Positions 1 to 13,330 of a stretch of 64,000 nucleotides of DNA are shown here, piece by piece. Numbering within the stretch: the first letter of the stretch is position 1; the number at the start of each line of letters is the position of its first letter. The notes under the pieces were generated by a model that made no database searches, was not told the DNA's origin, and worked only from the letters and a program-made list of their open reading frames with translations. The stretch covers positions 387,748,001 to 387,812,000 of the forward strand of contig OZ024740.1 of assembly GCA_964016885.1 (NCBI GenBank), given 5' to 3'. The DNA comes from Eledone cirrhosa (Eukaryota). The position numbers were made by a program, and so were the translations under genes.

Positions 1-434
1 ATATAAAGGGCAAATAAAACAAAGGAAAGTAATATTTTATCCAATATATTCAAAATGATATTTCAGGGTTATAGACCTCTTTTCAAATGTGACAGGGAAA
101 CGGTTCAAAACAAAACCGAATGATCGATATATTCTCCCTTAACTGCGTCTGAAATAAGCATGAATGTAGTCATTATAATATCCAATCTGCTTTGTGCATT
201 CCCAATCTATTATCGTGCAGGTATCTATCTTGTAAAATTTAGTGTACATAGATCCCTCATCTGTGAGTAGGGATCCAGTAGTGCCTAGTTGCTCAACATT
301 AAAATTCACTCGCGCGTCTACGATTTCGAAGTCGTTGTAAGTCTTGAAAGTTTCTTCCTGTGATGAAGTGAGGATAAGGGTATTTTTTACGTACCCGGAG
401 AAGAAGGAGCAAGTGCTGTGCACTCCATCTGATA

Positions 435-480
435 CAGAGAAGGTGCACACTCTCCATGCGGAGAGTGTGCACCTTCTCTG
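435..480. repeat. Perfect 21-bp inverted repeat with 4-nt loop
   Basis: cagagaaggtgcacactctcc-atgc-ggagagtgtgcaccttctctg. Confidence 0.95.
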
Positions 481-790
481 GTGTCTGCACGTCATGATTA
501 TTTCTGATTTCATGTTGACCGCATCATCCTTCAGTCTGACTATCTCCATGGCCTCGGATAGGCATAGCCTGCACTTTATATTTCCAGCCGAATATGCACT
601 CGCATGCCGAACGATACTCCAGTTAAGGGCATACGGGGTGCCTTTGTCTTTCAAGTCCCACACCAGGTCCGCCAGCCTGGTAGAGTGCCTCTTGCTCCGG
701 TTCTTGAAAGCGTTCGTGTGGTTATACATCCGCGATTTAAAGGTCGTGGATGTTGCGCCGATGTAGGTGCGCTTTATACTGTCTAGCTCT
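460..790 (-). mobile_element. Penelope-like element GIY-YIG endonuclease fragment
   Basis: Minus-strand translation YIGATSTTFKSRMYNHTNAF...LNWSIV...CRLCLSEAMEI...NMKSEIIMTCRH matches the PLE GIY-YIG/CCHH C-terminus. The fragment ends at a perfect hairpin. Confidence 0.85.
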
Positions 791-868
791 ACACCTCACC
801 AATGACGTGAGCCTAAACATCGAGTGCTCACCTTGGTGAATCTACAGTAACTTCACTTTACACTCCCT

Positions 869-943
<75 letters not shown>

Positions 944-1132
944 TCATAGAACATATCATAGAGACACGTCGAAGCAGGTAAAACAAGACACAGAGGGACA
1001 GAAAGAAAATGGTAGAAACGAAACGAAAACGGAAATATAACGTAGAGAATGGGAAAAAATACTTTCTGAGAAATATGAAAATTTTAGTTGTTTGAAATAA
1101 CAGGTTATATTTTATAACTTAAATGTACGTCA

Positions 1133-1811
1133 TCTATATATCTAAAACAGAGAATGTCTGTCTGTCTGTCTGTCTGTCTCCCTAAAACTCGAGAACCACC
1201 CAACCGATTGTTTTCAAACTTTACACATGTAATACTTATGGTCCAGTGAGTGTTTTGAGCAAAAGATATTTCAAATGTTCAATGCCCTAGGTACCGCTTT
1301 AGGCGATTTAGCGATCTCTCTCTATAATTCTTAGTCTTTCTTTTTAGATAGATACATAGATATAACATTGCGCCCTTATAATATCTGTCTGTATGTCTGG
1401 CTGTCTTGCTGTCTGCATTACGACATTATGACGCTATATATGTGTGTGTGTGTGTGTGTATATATATATGTATACGCTATATATGTGTGTGTGTATATAT
1501 GTATATATAGTGTGTGTATATATATATAGAGTGTAACGTTTTTCGAAATATTTACTTCTGCGTTCACAGATTGATTTTTTTAGTTTCAGAAGATCCCGTT
1601 AAGGGTGAAAGCAGCGATTCTTTGCTTAAACTTTAATCTGTTATTTTAATATATATATATAATTATATATTCGTGTACAGATATTTTTGCATACACAATA
1701 ACAAAATATGAACAAACGTATTTATTTCACGAGGCTCGATAAGGATAAATATATATCAAATATATAAGAACCATAGAGCAAATCCTGAGCAACGCCGGGC
1801 CATTTTGCTAG
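1133..1811 (+). mobile_element. Non-autonomous Helitron
   Basis: A|TCTATATATCTAAAA start followed by (GTCT)n; 3' GC-rich hairpin cctgagcaacgccggg then CTAG|T; inserted between A and T without TSD. Confidence 0.75.
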
Positions 1812-3643
1812 TTACTTCTAATATTCTGTTAATAACTGCTGTAGGATTAGCAGAAGCTGTAAAGCGTCGGTCAAAATATCGTAGGGTATCTTGTAACGCC
1901 GTTTTATGTCATGTGTAACAGTTATTAATTATTACATTCTTCTTTTAAATGTTTAAAACAATTCTTTCATCGTATGATGTTAAACTAATGTTGGTATTAT
2001 GCATTATCTTAGCTGTAATTTGGATGTTGTATTCTTTTGAAAATCTAAATTCATTTATTCTATCTTCTGTTCGTTTAGCCTTTGGCACAAATTCATATTT
2101 GAACTCTGACAATGAAGTGAAACATTATACAATTTGGTGATTTAATGAATAATTTTAATGTGAGAACATCCGAATAATTGAAGTCGATTAGCTCACTTTA
2201 GGTGTCTTACAACCCCGAGCTATCATTTTATTGCTATTCTATCTTTGTATTATTACAAAATTAGACGACAACGTCTTGCAGTAGTGATTAACTGTTCTTT
2301 ACCCTCTGAGGTCAGGTGAAGCTATTTGTTGGTTTTGTGTTTCCCTTCTCAAGGATCAATGAGTTATGAAAACAGTCAAGGATTGAGGTCAATTTAGTCA
2401 ACTATATTCTTCCCCTAAACTCTTGCTTTCTTGTCAGTAATGCTATTGAGCTATTTTACGGATTAATAGTATGTACATTTAGTCGCCTGATTCTGTCTGT
2501 CCTTCATTCGTCAAAAGCGGCAATTTCAGGTCCTTTTGGGTATAGTCCTGCCACCTCTTTGGTAGGCTGTCTCTTTTTCTCTGACCTTGGAAATCTTTCT
2601 TGAATACTTGATAGATCATAGTTGTTTTCAGTTGGTGCTTCTTGACTACTTCTATAATCATGATAACGCCTCCCTTACTACATGTGTCAATATCTAAAAC
2701 ATAATTTTGTATCTACGTTGCTAACAGCTACGGCATTATTTTCGCTCTGATAAATATATTAAGCTGTGTGGGATGAAATAATGTGAATTACGTCTCTTTG
2801 TATTAGAATGACAATCCCCCCCCCCCCCTCCCCATCGACATCAGCTATTGTAGATTTTAGCTCAATATGTTCGCCGTAACTTGAGATATTCAACTAAACT
2901 TTATGCATTCTTGAACATTTTACAGTTTAATTTCGATATAGTATTATATGTCTCATAACCGGTTATCGTTATAAAACAACGTTATAAAATCAGTTATCGT
3001 AATACAACAAGGCACATGTAGAGCAACGTTTATGCAGGCCTGTGTCTGTCGTTGAAATGAAAATCTAGTTAATATCCTTTAATATGATCCAGTTCATATA
3101 TCTAACTGAAGGGAGAAAAGGGAAGCGTTACGAGAAGTGTGGTCAATCTCACTGAAACCTTTTTCTAGGTGCCCGTTATCCCTGGTAGTGGTTGAAAATA
3201 TCTATATCGATATTACTGACAATATGATTGAATTAGAGACTGCTCATTTATTTCTTGTCTAAAAGACAAAACCGTTGATCAGTGTATCTCTAAGCTGTCA
3301 AAATTGATTCGATAGCAAAGAAAACTCAGTGCTTACCAGAGGGGAGTTATTTGATCATATTCAGCATACGTAATGCGTGTAAAATTTTTTGTTGAACATT
3401 GCTTCTTGTGATTATTCTTCTATTATTGAAATGCAGGACAAGGTCGAGTCTAGAGAGATGAAAATTATTGGATACTAAAAGTGTCAGGAACAGATGCCTG
3501 CATATTGGATATGTGTATATATTTATACACGTTGGTACAGTTTCGGTTACACACTCTGTATTTATACAGATATAGCGTTATACACGTCGGCTGGTAGCGT
3601 ACTTCTTACTCTCACCCCTCTCTCTCTCTATATATATATATAT

Positions 3644-3740
<97 letters not shown>

Positions 3741-3934
3741 AATATATACATATATATATATATATACATGCATATATATATATATGTATATATATATGTG
3801 TGTGTGTGTGTGTATAAGTATATAGGAAAAGGGTCAGGCTTCTGACTCTTTTCCTATTACCCACTCTACAACCCTAACTATCGAGTACTCTGGTGCGTTA
3901 TGGTCCATCTGGTATCTTACCATACCTTCTTTGT

Positions 3935-3966
<32 letters not shown>

Positions 3967-4316
3967 GGTACTCCTCATTTAACGATCTACTCATTTAACG
4001 ATCACTCGGAGTTACGAACAACTTCACGAATTACATATATTAGTTTAACAAAAATCTCTCGAAATTACGATTCCTTGACTCGTCAATAATATATTCGCTC
4101 AACGACAATATCTCGCAGTTACGATCCGCAGAGAACAGTGACAGCACAGTTGTGAGTGAAAGTGAACGCAGTTGTGTACAATAAGTTGGGTTGAGGCAAC
4201 CGGCAGTGCTGAGAAGCCTCCGGCTCATCACCTTTCGCAGCGTCATTCGAGTGTATCCACTGAACACAAGAAGTTACCAAGTATTTTTTCGTTTCGATAC
4301 CGTTATATCCCTCAAG

Positions 4317-6014
4317 ATGTCAGCAAAAAGAACCAGTACTACACCAGGACCTTATCCCAAGAAGTCAAGGAAATCCATTGATATAGAAACAAAGCTGAAG
4401 ATCATCAAACGATATGAAGAAGGAGGTAAAGTGAACGCAATTGCTGCTAGAATGAACTTGGCAAGTTTTACTATATCTACCATCCTCAAGGACAAAGAAT
4501 GAGTGAAGGAGACGGCCAAGAACACAACGGGATACAATGCTTTGATAACAAGACAGCGAAAAGGCCTGATACATGAAATGGAGAAATTGTTGGCCATGTG
4601 GTTTGATGACCAAATACCCGAACGAATACCAATGAGTCTTCATATTATTCAAAGCAAGGCGCGCAGCATCTTCGAGAAACTCAAGTCACGTGAGAGAGAC
4701 GAGTGTACTGAAACGTTTACGGCAAGCTACGGTTGGTTCCAGCGATTTCGTCGTCGATTTAATTTGTACAACCGTCGTATTACTGGTGAAGCAGCAAGTG
4801 CTGATACGGAAGCACCAAAAACATTCCTCGGTGTTTTAGACAAGATTGTCGAGGAAGGAGACTATCGCCCGGAACAAATTTTCAGTGTCGACGAAACTGG
4901 CCTCTTTTGGAAAAAAATGCCTGAAAGAACGTATCTTCACAAAGAGGCTAAAAGTATGCCTGGCTTCAAGGCATTCAAGGATCGAGTGACGTTGCTTTTA
5001 GGCGGAAATGTTGCGGGGCATAAGTTGAAACCATTTTTCATGTATCGCTCCCAAACACCACGTGCATTAAAGAACGTGAACAAACACACGCTGCCAGTGT
5101 TTTATCGGGCAAACAACAAGGCATGGATGACGTAATCTTTGTTCGAGGACTGGTTCATCAACTGCTTTATACCTGCAGCCAGGGAATACTGCCTTGAAAA
5201 CAACATTCCCTTCAAGATTCTACTTCTCGATAATGCCCGAGGCCACCCCCAACATATTGATGACCTGCATCCTAATGTTAAAGTAGTGTATCTGCCCAAA
5301 AATACGACGTCAATTCTTCAACCAACGGACCAGGGGGTGATATCTACTTTCAAGGCGTATTATTTACGAACTACTTTTGCACAGGCAGTAACAGCAACGG
5401 AAGATGACGTAATGGATCTTCATGAATTTTGGAAAGATTTTAATATTGTCAACTGCATCAAGAACATCGACAGAGCTTGGCGGGACGTGAGTGTAAAATG
5501 TATGAAAGGTGTATGGAAAAAATGCTTGAAAATGTTTGTTAATAATTTTGAAGGTTTTGATAAAAATTCAGATTTTGAAGGGATAAGTAATAAAATTGTT
5601 GGTCTTGCTCAAAAGTTGCGGTTGGAAGTGGATGCGCAAGATGTGGACAATTTAGTGAAATCTGTTGAAGGGGAGTTGACTGACGAAGATTTAATAGAGT
5701 TGGAAGAGCAGCGACATAGAGAAGAGTTGGAAGAAGCAGCAGAACAACCAGATGAGGAACAGAAAAAGTTTACTGTTAAGGGCTTGGCGGAAGTATTCAT
5801 GCATATGAGTAAGGCGGTGTCAGGATTGGAGGCAATGGATCCTAACATTGAACGCTTGGCAACATTTCAAAGACATTTGGAAGATGGACTACGTTGCTAT
5901 CGTGAAATTTATGATGAGAAAAAAAAGCAAACAAAACAGTCATCTATGCTGAGCTTTCTGGTGAAAACTCCGACACCAACCCCACATACATACCAAATAT
6001 CTGTAGTACTGTAA
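4317..6014 (+). pseudogene. Tigger/CENP-B-like transposase with two in-frame stops (4500-4502, 5133-5135)
   Basis: Single reading frame from ATG 4317: psq-HTH (KSIDIETKLKII), CENP-B HTH (ASYGWFQRFRRR), catalytic motifs VDETGLFWK, LLLDNARGHP and LQPTDQGVI. Confidence 0.93.
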
Positions 6015-6127
6015 TATGATGTGTATTGTGCAAATAGCTTATCATACAAGAGAGAAAATAAAAAGATAACATGAAAAATATATTGCCGAGTGTTAAAGAG
6101 AGAAGCTATTCGGTGCCAATAAGGTAG

Positions 6128-6483
6128 CATAGCCTAAGTTTGAAAACCTTGAAATCCACAGCTAAAACAAAAAGTAAGGCTTTAATATAATTTATAAAGA
6201 AAAACTATAGTGCTATGTATAACATACGATTTAAAGTTAAAAGGTATCAGTCAAAATAAAGAAACAATATATCCAGCATTATTCTGAGCGTATATGACGA
6301 ATGTTGGCCGAGCGAAAGGAAAGGTTATTCAGTGCCCATAATGTAGCCTAGCTTAAGTTTGAAAACCTTGAAATCCACAGCTAAAACAAAAAATAAGACT
6401 ACTTTCTTTTATAAAGAAAAGCTATAATTATGTGTATATGATTTTAAGTTAAAAACTATTAATCGAAATAAAGAAACAATATC
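6128..6483 (+). repeat. Imperfect ~140-bp direct repeat in the Tigger 3' region
   Basis: tagcctaagtttgaaaaccttgaaatccacagctaaaacaaaaa... occurs at ~6130 and again at ~6345. Confidence 0.85.
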
Positions 6484-7342
6484 AAGAATATATACTGTAC
6501 TGTACAGGCCTATATGCCCAATGTCGGCAGAATTACTCGTTTAACGACCATTTCACTTAACGAACGGGTCAATGGAACGTAACCCGTTCGTTAAACGAGG
6601 AGTACCTGTATATAGTTCAGGAAATGACAAAGCAAACACAGTGGTGCAAAACACAAAGTTTTATTAGTATCATGCTTAGGAAGATGTATAGAAGGGTTTG
6701 GTGCTTCGGACATAAGTCTTTCTTCAGGAAATGGAGAGTTTTGAGGGAGAGAGAAAAGGTATTCAGGAGGTGGGGCCAAGGTGGAGACTGCATGTGTGTC
6801 ATGGCTGTTGTTATGTGTGTGCCGATGGGGTGCATTTCGTGGTTATGCATTATTGCTTCTGTTTGTGCGTGTAGTTGGAGTATCTTTGTTGGAAATGAGT
6901 ATGTAGGTTTTTCTGTGTGCACTTGCGTTTATGTTTTCACTGAGTGTGAGTGTGTGTGTGTTTATATATGGGTGTGTGTGTGTATATATACACGTGCATT
7001 GTTTGTGTGTGTTGTATGTCTGGTTGCATATGTCTGCGAATATACACGTGGTGTCCGAATAAACACGTCGGTCAGAACGGTGCTGTTTCCAGAAGTGGTC
7101 AGGGGAAGAATGACGTGGGTGGCTGGTTATTTGATATCGATTATAATATAAGTGTGTATATATATGTGTGTATGTATGTGAAAGTATGTATGCGCGTATA
7201 TATATACACATAACATTTTGCTAATATGTAAATCAGGCCGACTATGTGTGCCTGTTTATGCGTGTGGACGTTTGTATATGTATATTTTTTGTCACTTTAG
7301 GCACTATAGATACTTAGATGTACACATACGTACATCCATTCA

Positions 7343-7379
<37 letters not shown>

Positions 7380-7380
<1 letters not shown>

Positions 7381-7740
7381 CCTGCCATAGAACCATATTG
7401 GCATACGGTTGGATAATACATGTGTCCCTATATGCATTTTGCATGTAGGGAAACATACTTTATTATTATTAATCTCCCCTAGTCGAGATAACATTTTGGT
7501 CGTTTTAACTTCTGCTATTTCTAGTGGCAGGACATTGACCTTTCCGCCCCTGTCTTCTATCTTTACACACGGCACTAGACAAAATTGTTTCTTCATCATA
7601 CACTCTCATCCGGGAACAGTTCTGTATGGCGCCAGTTCGTAATTTGAACTCGGGAATTTTATATTCTCCGAGTGAGAAGAACCCTCTGACGAAAGTCTTC
7701 TTCTCAATGAATTTCCGCATGGATTATCCATTTATTTTGA
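7380..7740 (-). mobile_element. Highly decayed Penelope-like GIY-YIG remnant
   Basis: Fragments across frames (EFKLR..., ETILSSAV, KCYLD*GRLIIIKY) loosely follow the PLE endonuclease order; frameshifted. Confidence 0.4.
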
Positions 7741-7831
7741 GACTTGAAACCGCGCGGTAAGGGTAATTATAGCAGGTACAGTGAACTTTTAAAAATTTAT
7801 TTTAAAACTTTTTCTTATTTGCTAAACCTTG

Positions 7832-7910
<79 letters not shown>

Positions 7911-7919
<9 letters not shown>

Positions 7920-10225
7920 ATAACAGGAGGCTGGACTGGTGTAAATCCTTGAAAGGTTTATTATACTATGATCATTTCAATGACCGGGTTCCATATGAAT
8001 CCGGTGATATCATCAGGTATTGGAATATAACAAAGGAATATGTAAAAAACCATGGGTCCGAAAAATCAGAGACAGAGACAAAGAGGACGACTGACCAACT
8101 AGCTGCCTTCACCTCGTCCAGTCGCCCTCAAAGTGATGGCAACTCAATCTATTAATGACCATCTGGTGAGGGGGCGAAGGCTTATAATGCACTACCACCT
8201 CTCCGTCAAAGAAAAGGGGGAAGAAAGAAAGGAAGAAAGAAGTCAGTGTAAGGGTCACACTACATTCATGCTAGAAAATGCCGCGAAAACTGCTACTCCA
8301 AAGAATCTATATTTAGCAAAGGCATATATAATGGGTGTCTGTATGGTCTAATGTGTGAACCGAAAATTGGAACGTTAAACTTATGATACGAGTTATAGGA
8401 TGAAATTAAATTAAATTAAAAAATATTAAATTGCAAAATGATAAATTTAAAAATAAATTATTAGAAAATTAAAGGTTAAGGTAGCGAGATTTATTTAATG
8501 AACTTACAGAGAGAGTCTTATATGGAAAAATTTATCTTGATAAGATATCAGGATGGGATATAGAGTAAATATTTCGATTGTGAGTCCCAGCCAGCACCCT
8601 CCAACCATGAGTCAGCCAGTTTCGTGTGGTATCGTCCAGCGAAAGAAATGGAAATACATTTTCCAAGTACTCTAGGAACGTAGCTACCTCAAGGCCTCGG
8701 GAGCGCTAGCGGGAAGTCTACAATTTCGACAGGCCATCGTCTATACCAAACGAATATTATTAATTCACACATGAGGTGTTTATTTACGTGCCAGTAGAGG
8801 CATGATACAGCTAGTAGTTATGCCTAAACCTGGAGTTTATAGGTATAAGTATAATATGGCGGCCAAATCAGGCAGCCCGGTGGGACCGAGGCAAAGCCAC
8901 CCGCTCCGAGTAATTTCGTTTACCGAAAGAGGGGAAATTTATTTATCCGAGCACTCAAGGCAGGCTGAACTTTCCGAGTGCCCAGCGCGCAGCCGGGAAA
9001 AGCCACCACATAAGTCGAAGGTAGCAACCCAATGAAAAGTGCAAATAGACCATCATTATTTTAAAGTCCCAGTTAGTCCGGGTTATAAGTAGTGTGGTTC
9101 ATTGGTGGGTAGGGGGCTATGAAAGGTGAATAATGACCTGAGTAAGGAAAGTTACAAAAAAATAATAAAAGCAGGATACAAAGATAAAATACAAATATAA
9201 AGATAAAATACAAAGATAAAGAATACATTGATAAAAATACATTCATAAATTATTTAAAAAAATTAATAAAAGTAAATAACTAGGGATGTAGTAAGACGGA
9301 ATTATATAAGAACGTATCGGAGGAATCACAGTGTAGGTGGAATACAATATATAAGTTGTAGTAAGATAATACAGGTTGTACATCTAGATATAGAGGATGG
9401 AAGAGATGGAATGGTAACAGGTGGTACCTAGTGTAAAGTTAGGGTCTCCGAATTCAGTGTGAGTCACAAAAAAGTCCTGAGGTATAGAGTAGAGAATTCA
9501 GTCAATACAATACATGTTTTAGTATAATACGTAGAGTTTTGTCGGAATCGGAATCATCCCGACAAGGAAGTAGTATCGAGAGGGCGTTAGATAAAGCGCA
9601 GAGCAGCCAAAATCCGAATGGTAAGTAGATCAGTTAATCCCATGCTGGCAATAGCTGTACACTGAAGTCAGTGCCGCTGTTCAATATTACATTTGGAAGT
9701 GCTCAACATTATTGGAGCTTTATTTCTTTAGGTTTGTTGGTTCACCACTGGATAGAGTTGGTGTAATATTGTGGAGAGTACTCAACGTAGTGCAGTTCAC
9801 CCGTCTTCGTTTGTGTAGTTGGTGGTGCGAATACGGAGTTAATTATAAATAAAATAACAGGAGGCTGGACTGGTGTAAATCCTTGAAAGGTTTATTATAC
9901 TATGATCATTTCTCTGCCTCTGATTTTTCGGACCCATGGTTTTTTACATATTGCTTTGTTATATTCCAATACCTGATGATATCACCGGATTCATATGGAA
10001 CCCGGTCATTGAAATGATCATAGTATAATAAACCTTTCAAGGATTTACACCAGTCTAGCCTCCTGTTATTTTATTTATAATTAACTCCGTATTCGCACCA
10101 CCAACTACACAAACGAAGACGGGTGAACTACACTACGTTGAGTACTCTCCACAATATTACACCAAGATTGACCATACGGAATGACCAATTCTATCCAGTG
10201 GTGAACCAACAAACCTAAAGAAATA
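7911..10225 (-). mobile_element. Non-coding Penelope-like/retrozyme-like element with direct and inverted terminal repeats
   Basis: 7911-7978 is repeated directly at 9845-9912. 9722-9912 is inverted at ~10011-10225, and 7911-8075 is inverted at ~9913-10079. Hammerhead motif lies in the repeat. Confidence 0.75.
9969..10026 (+). ncRNA. Minimal type I hammerhead ribozyme motif (inverted copy at 7963-8020, minus)
   Basis: atac-CTGATGA-tatcaccggattcatatggaacccggtcatt-GAAA-tgatca-TA-gtat; stem III is palindromic (ATGATCAT). Confidence 0.7.
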
Positions 10226-10358
10226 TATATATATAAATATATATAAATGTAATCTGAGTTTTTCGAATATTAATAATAATATTCGATTCGTTTGCAATTA
10301 TGCAAACAGCCTCTTTTGAGCCATGTCAGTAGAATGAGCCCCTCATTATTGCTCTTGT

Positions 10359-10441
10359 GTTGGCATGTAAACAGAACTGCAGATGCTATTGTTTCTGGGT
10401 GATTACCCTTCGTCAGTGCAGTTTACTGTTCACCTGCCAAC
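10359..10441 (-). ncRNA. Hammerhead ribozyme motif, stem III degenerate
   Basis: Minus strand: actgca-CTGACGA-agggt aatc accca-GAAA-caatagca-TC-tgcagt, with extended flanking complementarity (gttggca/tgccaac). Confidence 0.65.
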
Positions 10442-12963
10442 TCTCAGAGCTAGTGAAAATATATATATATTATATATATATATATTCATGAATGGATGTA
10501 CGTATGTATACATCTAACTATCTATAGTGTCTAAAGTGACAAAAAATATACATATACAAACGTCGGCACGCATAAAAAGGCACACATAGTCAGATACTTC
10601 CATGCAGACATTTTTGTTAGATTTGAGGTTTACTTCGATTTCTCTTCTCTGAACTTGTACTCAACCTTCATCATTTTTCTCTTACCCTTTTTTCTGAAGA
10701 GTGAGTTTACTGAAGATCTTTCTTTGTTTATATTTAGAAGTAGCGTTAGTTCCGAGGGATTTTATTAAGTAAATATTTTGTATGAGTAAAGTTGTCAAGT
10801 TACTATTATTTTCCATAAGCAAGGGTGCATGGTATTTTTCAAAGTACTTCGTGTCTTTTATTCATTTTACAAAATTCTGGATATGGCATTGTGTGTTAAT
10901 ACATAAGCTGGTATAATCTGGGAGTTCATTGACCCATCGTTTGGTTAATCAACCAATCAGCTATTTACCTAATTGTTAAAGCTATTTCATCGAACAACCT
11001 TAAAACGTTTGGAGTATAAACATTTAATTAAACAATACGGTTGGAAGTTCAAAAATGGAAACGTAAATTTTGTGAGCAAAACTACATTCAACCTATGTTT
11101 TCAATGTAATCAACGATATTCATACTGCCAACGTGAATATTCAGGTTTTCAAGAATTAAGATGGACAAGGGCCAATTTTGTGAAGTATTTACGCGAATAA
11201 ATATGAACAGATATTACAGATATATCTATTGATGACATCACATATTAGAGTATAATATGCTCAAATGATATTGATTTATATTATATCGATAGTCTGAGTT
11301 TGTTGTTTAGGATTCACACTTCTTCCTTACTACATCTAATATCACATGACTACATCTAATATCACATGTGATAAATAATTAATCTACTCAAAAACACGAA
11401 GTCGTTATCATATGTAAGTTTTCCTCTATATCCATATCCAGATATTATCTTACTCCTTTAAAATAATAAATGATTTATCAATTTACCAAGTAAATGAAAC
11501 AAATTCCATATGGAAATATATGAAAGCCAAGACAATACATGACATGATGCAGTTGTTTATTCTCAAGTAAACCCGTAAACCTTAATCAAGTACACCAACA
11601 ATAACATGTATTCCGCCCGTGAATCACCTCGTCTTTTTAATATTCATTACTGCAATATTTAACTTAAACATTTGTGAGTACATGACTGTGACTGTCTTTA
11701 TGTCTGTCTGTATGTATACATTTGTATTTAAAATGTATACATTTGTATTTAAAGTCGCTCGCAAAAATTAGTTGTTTTTGTATTTTTCTATTATTTAAGC
11801 CGAAATCTGGGTGTGTGCTTTACATATATATATGTGTGTACACATATGTGTATACACATATATATATTTAGATGTGGCTGTATCAGTCTATTTTAAACGT
11901 TAAATCAGTTTTGAAGACTACTGTAATTTTATATTAGTTACACATTTATATTCAAATTCAGATTAGACAACGAAGAACTCTTTTAAGATTAAGGTCAGTA
12001 ACAAGGTTAAAAGGCACTGACAGAGAGAAATTTCATTTGAAGATGCAATTCCTCTTGTCAAAGCATCATAGGATAGGTTATGCAAGGAACTTTCTTGTGA
12101 GCTTTCATCAATTTCACTTAAAACGGAAATTCAAGAAACGAGTGTCGAAAAACAGAGAAACGCTGTTAGCTATTTTGAAATTACAAACTTTAGACCACTT
12201 TAAAAAGATGGTTGAAGAAGAAATAGATTTATTGAAGCTAAGTTATAGCATACTGATCATAATTTAGCAAACTGTATGAAATGTACATAAGAATGGATTT
12301 GTCGTTAACAGATCCGTTTTGTAGCAACGAGATTCCAAATTCAATTTCACTTTGCGCCCAAGTACCAACAACTATAACCTAGAATCGACTAATGTCTTGT
12401 AAATAGAATACCATTGACCGAAACCGTGCAAAAGCCCCTCCCCGTGCGTATGTATATACATATGTGTGTGTATGTGTGTATGTACGTGTATCAATGTATA
12501 ATGTGTGTGCACACACGCGCGTCTGAGTGTGTCATCAACAAATGTAAATATCGTCAAGAAAATCGATGAACCAGCTATTTCGAACTAAAATAACTTGACA
12601 TTTCTTCTGGGCTAAACAGACAATCCATTTCCTTTGACACCACATTATTGTCAGTGAGCCAATGAATTGCAGGATGTCTCCCTCCTACACCAAACTGAAT
12701 ATCTATATGTGCTCTCGTGCATTGCTCCTGTACCCCTTCAAGAGAGCATCACATATATCACATATACAGGTTGAAAATGAAGGCCTCAATATAGCCAAGT
12801 CAACCGCTCCAAGTCATCACAGAATTCTCAGCTACTGGACCAACAACGCTTAATATTAGGTCACCCTTTCTCTCGTGATGCAGCAAAAACAGTATAGTTT
12901 ATGTTGTTTATTACCACATAACAAATGATTAAATATAATGCTATATTTATGATTTGTATTCAA

Positions 12964-13330
12964 GATATAATTATATAAATGTACAGCATGGCGGCGAGCA
13001 AATGATATAATTATATAAATGTACAGCATGGCGGCGAGCAAATGATATAATTATATAAATGTACAGCATGGCGGCGAGCAAATGATATAATTATATAAAT
13101 GTACAGCATGGCGGCGAGCAAATGATATAATTATATAAATGTACAGCATGGCGGCGAGCAAATGATATAATTATATAAATGTACAGCATGGCGGCGAGCA
13201 AATGATATAATTATATAAATGTACAGCATGGCGGCGAGCAAATGATATAATTATATAAATGTACAGCATGGCGGCGAGCAAATGATATAATTATATAAAT
13301 GTACAGCATGGCGGCGAGCAAATGATATAA
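12964..13330. repeat. 40-bp minisatellite, ~9 identical copies
   Basis: Unit gatataattatataaatgtacagcatggcggcgagcaaat repeated head to tail without spacers. Confidence 0.97.

Larger units (their letters stand above)
3965..6608 (+). mobile_element. Tigger/pogo DNA transposon, near full length
   Basis: 21-bp TIRs caggtactcctcatttaacga / tcgttaaacgaggagtacctg (1 mismatch), TA flanks, internal transposase. Confidence 0.95.

Noticed and set aside
55-92. Hammerhead-like motif on minus (ttgaaaa-gaggtctataaccct-GAAA-ta-TC)
   Set aside because: CUGANGA core is mutated and stem I is absent; relic at best.
1860-2140. Hydrophobic 63-aa ORF on +
   Set aside because: No splice or motif support; more likely antisense to a decayed PLE endonuclease.
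3329-3420. Minus-strand donor CTG|GTAAGC as a further GPCR exon
   Set aside because: No frame resembles class B TM2 or later segments, and there is no clear acceptor.
3494-3864. HT/YI/CV-rich ORFs here and throughout (e.g. 15212, 21305, 23411, 25028, 28065, 60132)
   Set aside because: Translations of (CA)n, (TA)n, (TATG)n and (TTA)n microsatellites.
6701-6727. Hammerhead-like CTGAAGA-aagacttatgtcc-GAAG on minus
   Set aside because: GAAA is mutated and there is no NUH or stem I; counted only as a relic.
12590-12850. Possible Penelope RT relic (MNCRMSPSY)
   Set aside because: Too degenerate to call without an HMM search.
12964-13330. CRISPR-like array
   Set aside because: Units are contiguous with no unique spacers, and the context is eukaryotic with no cas genes.
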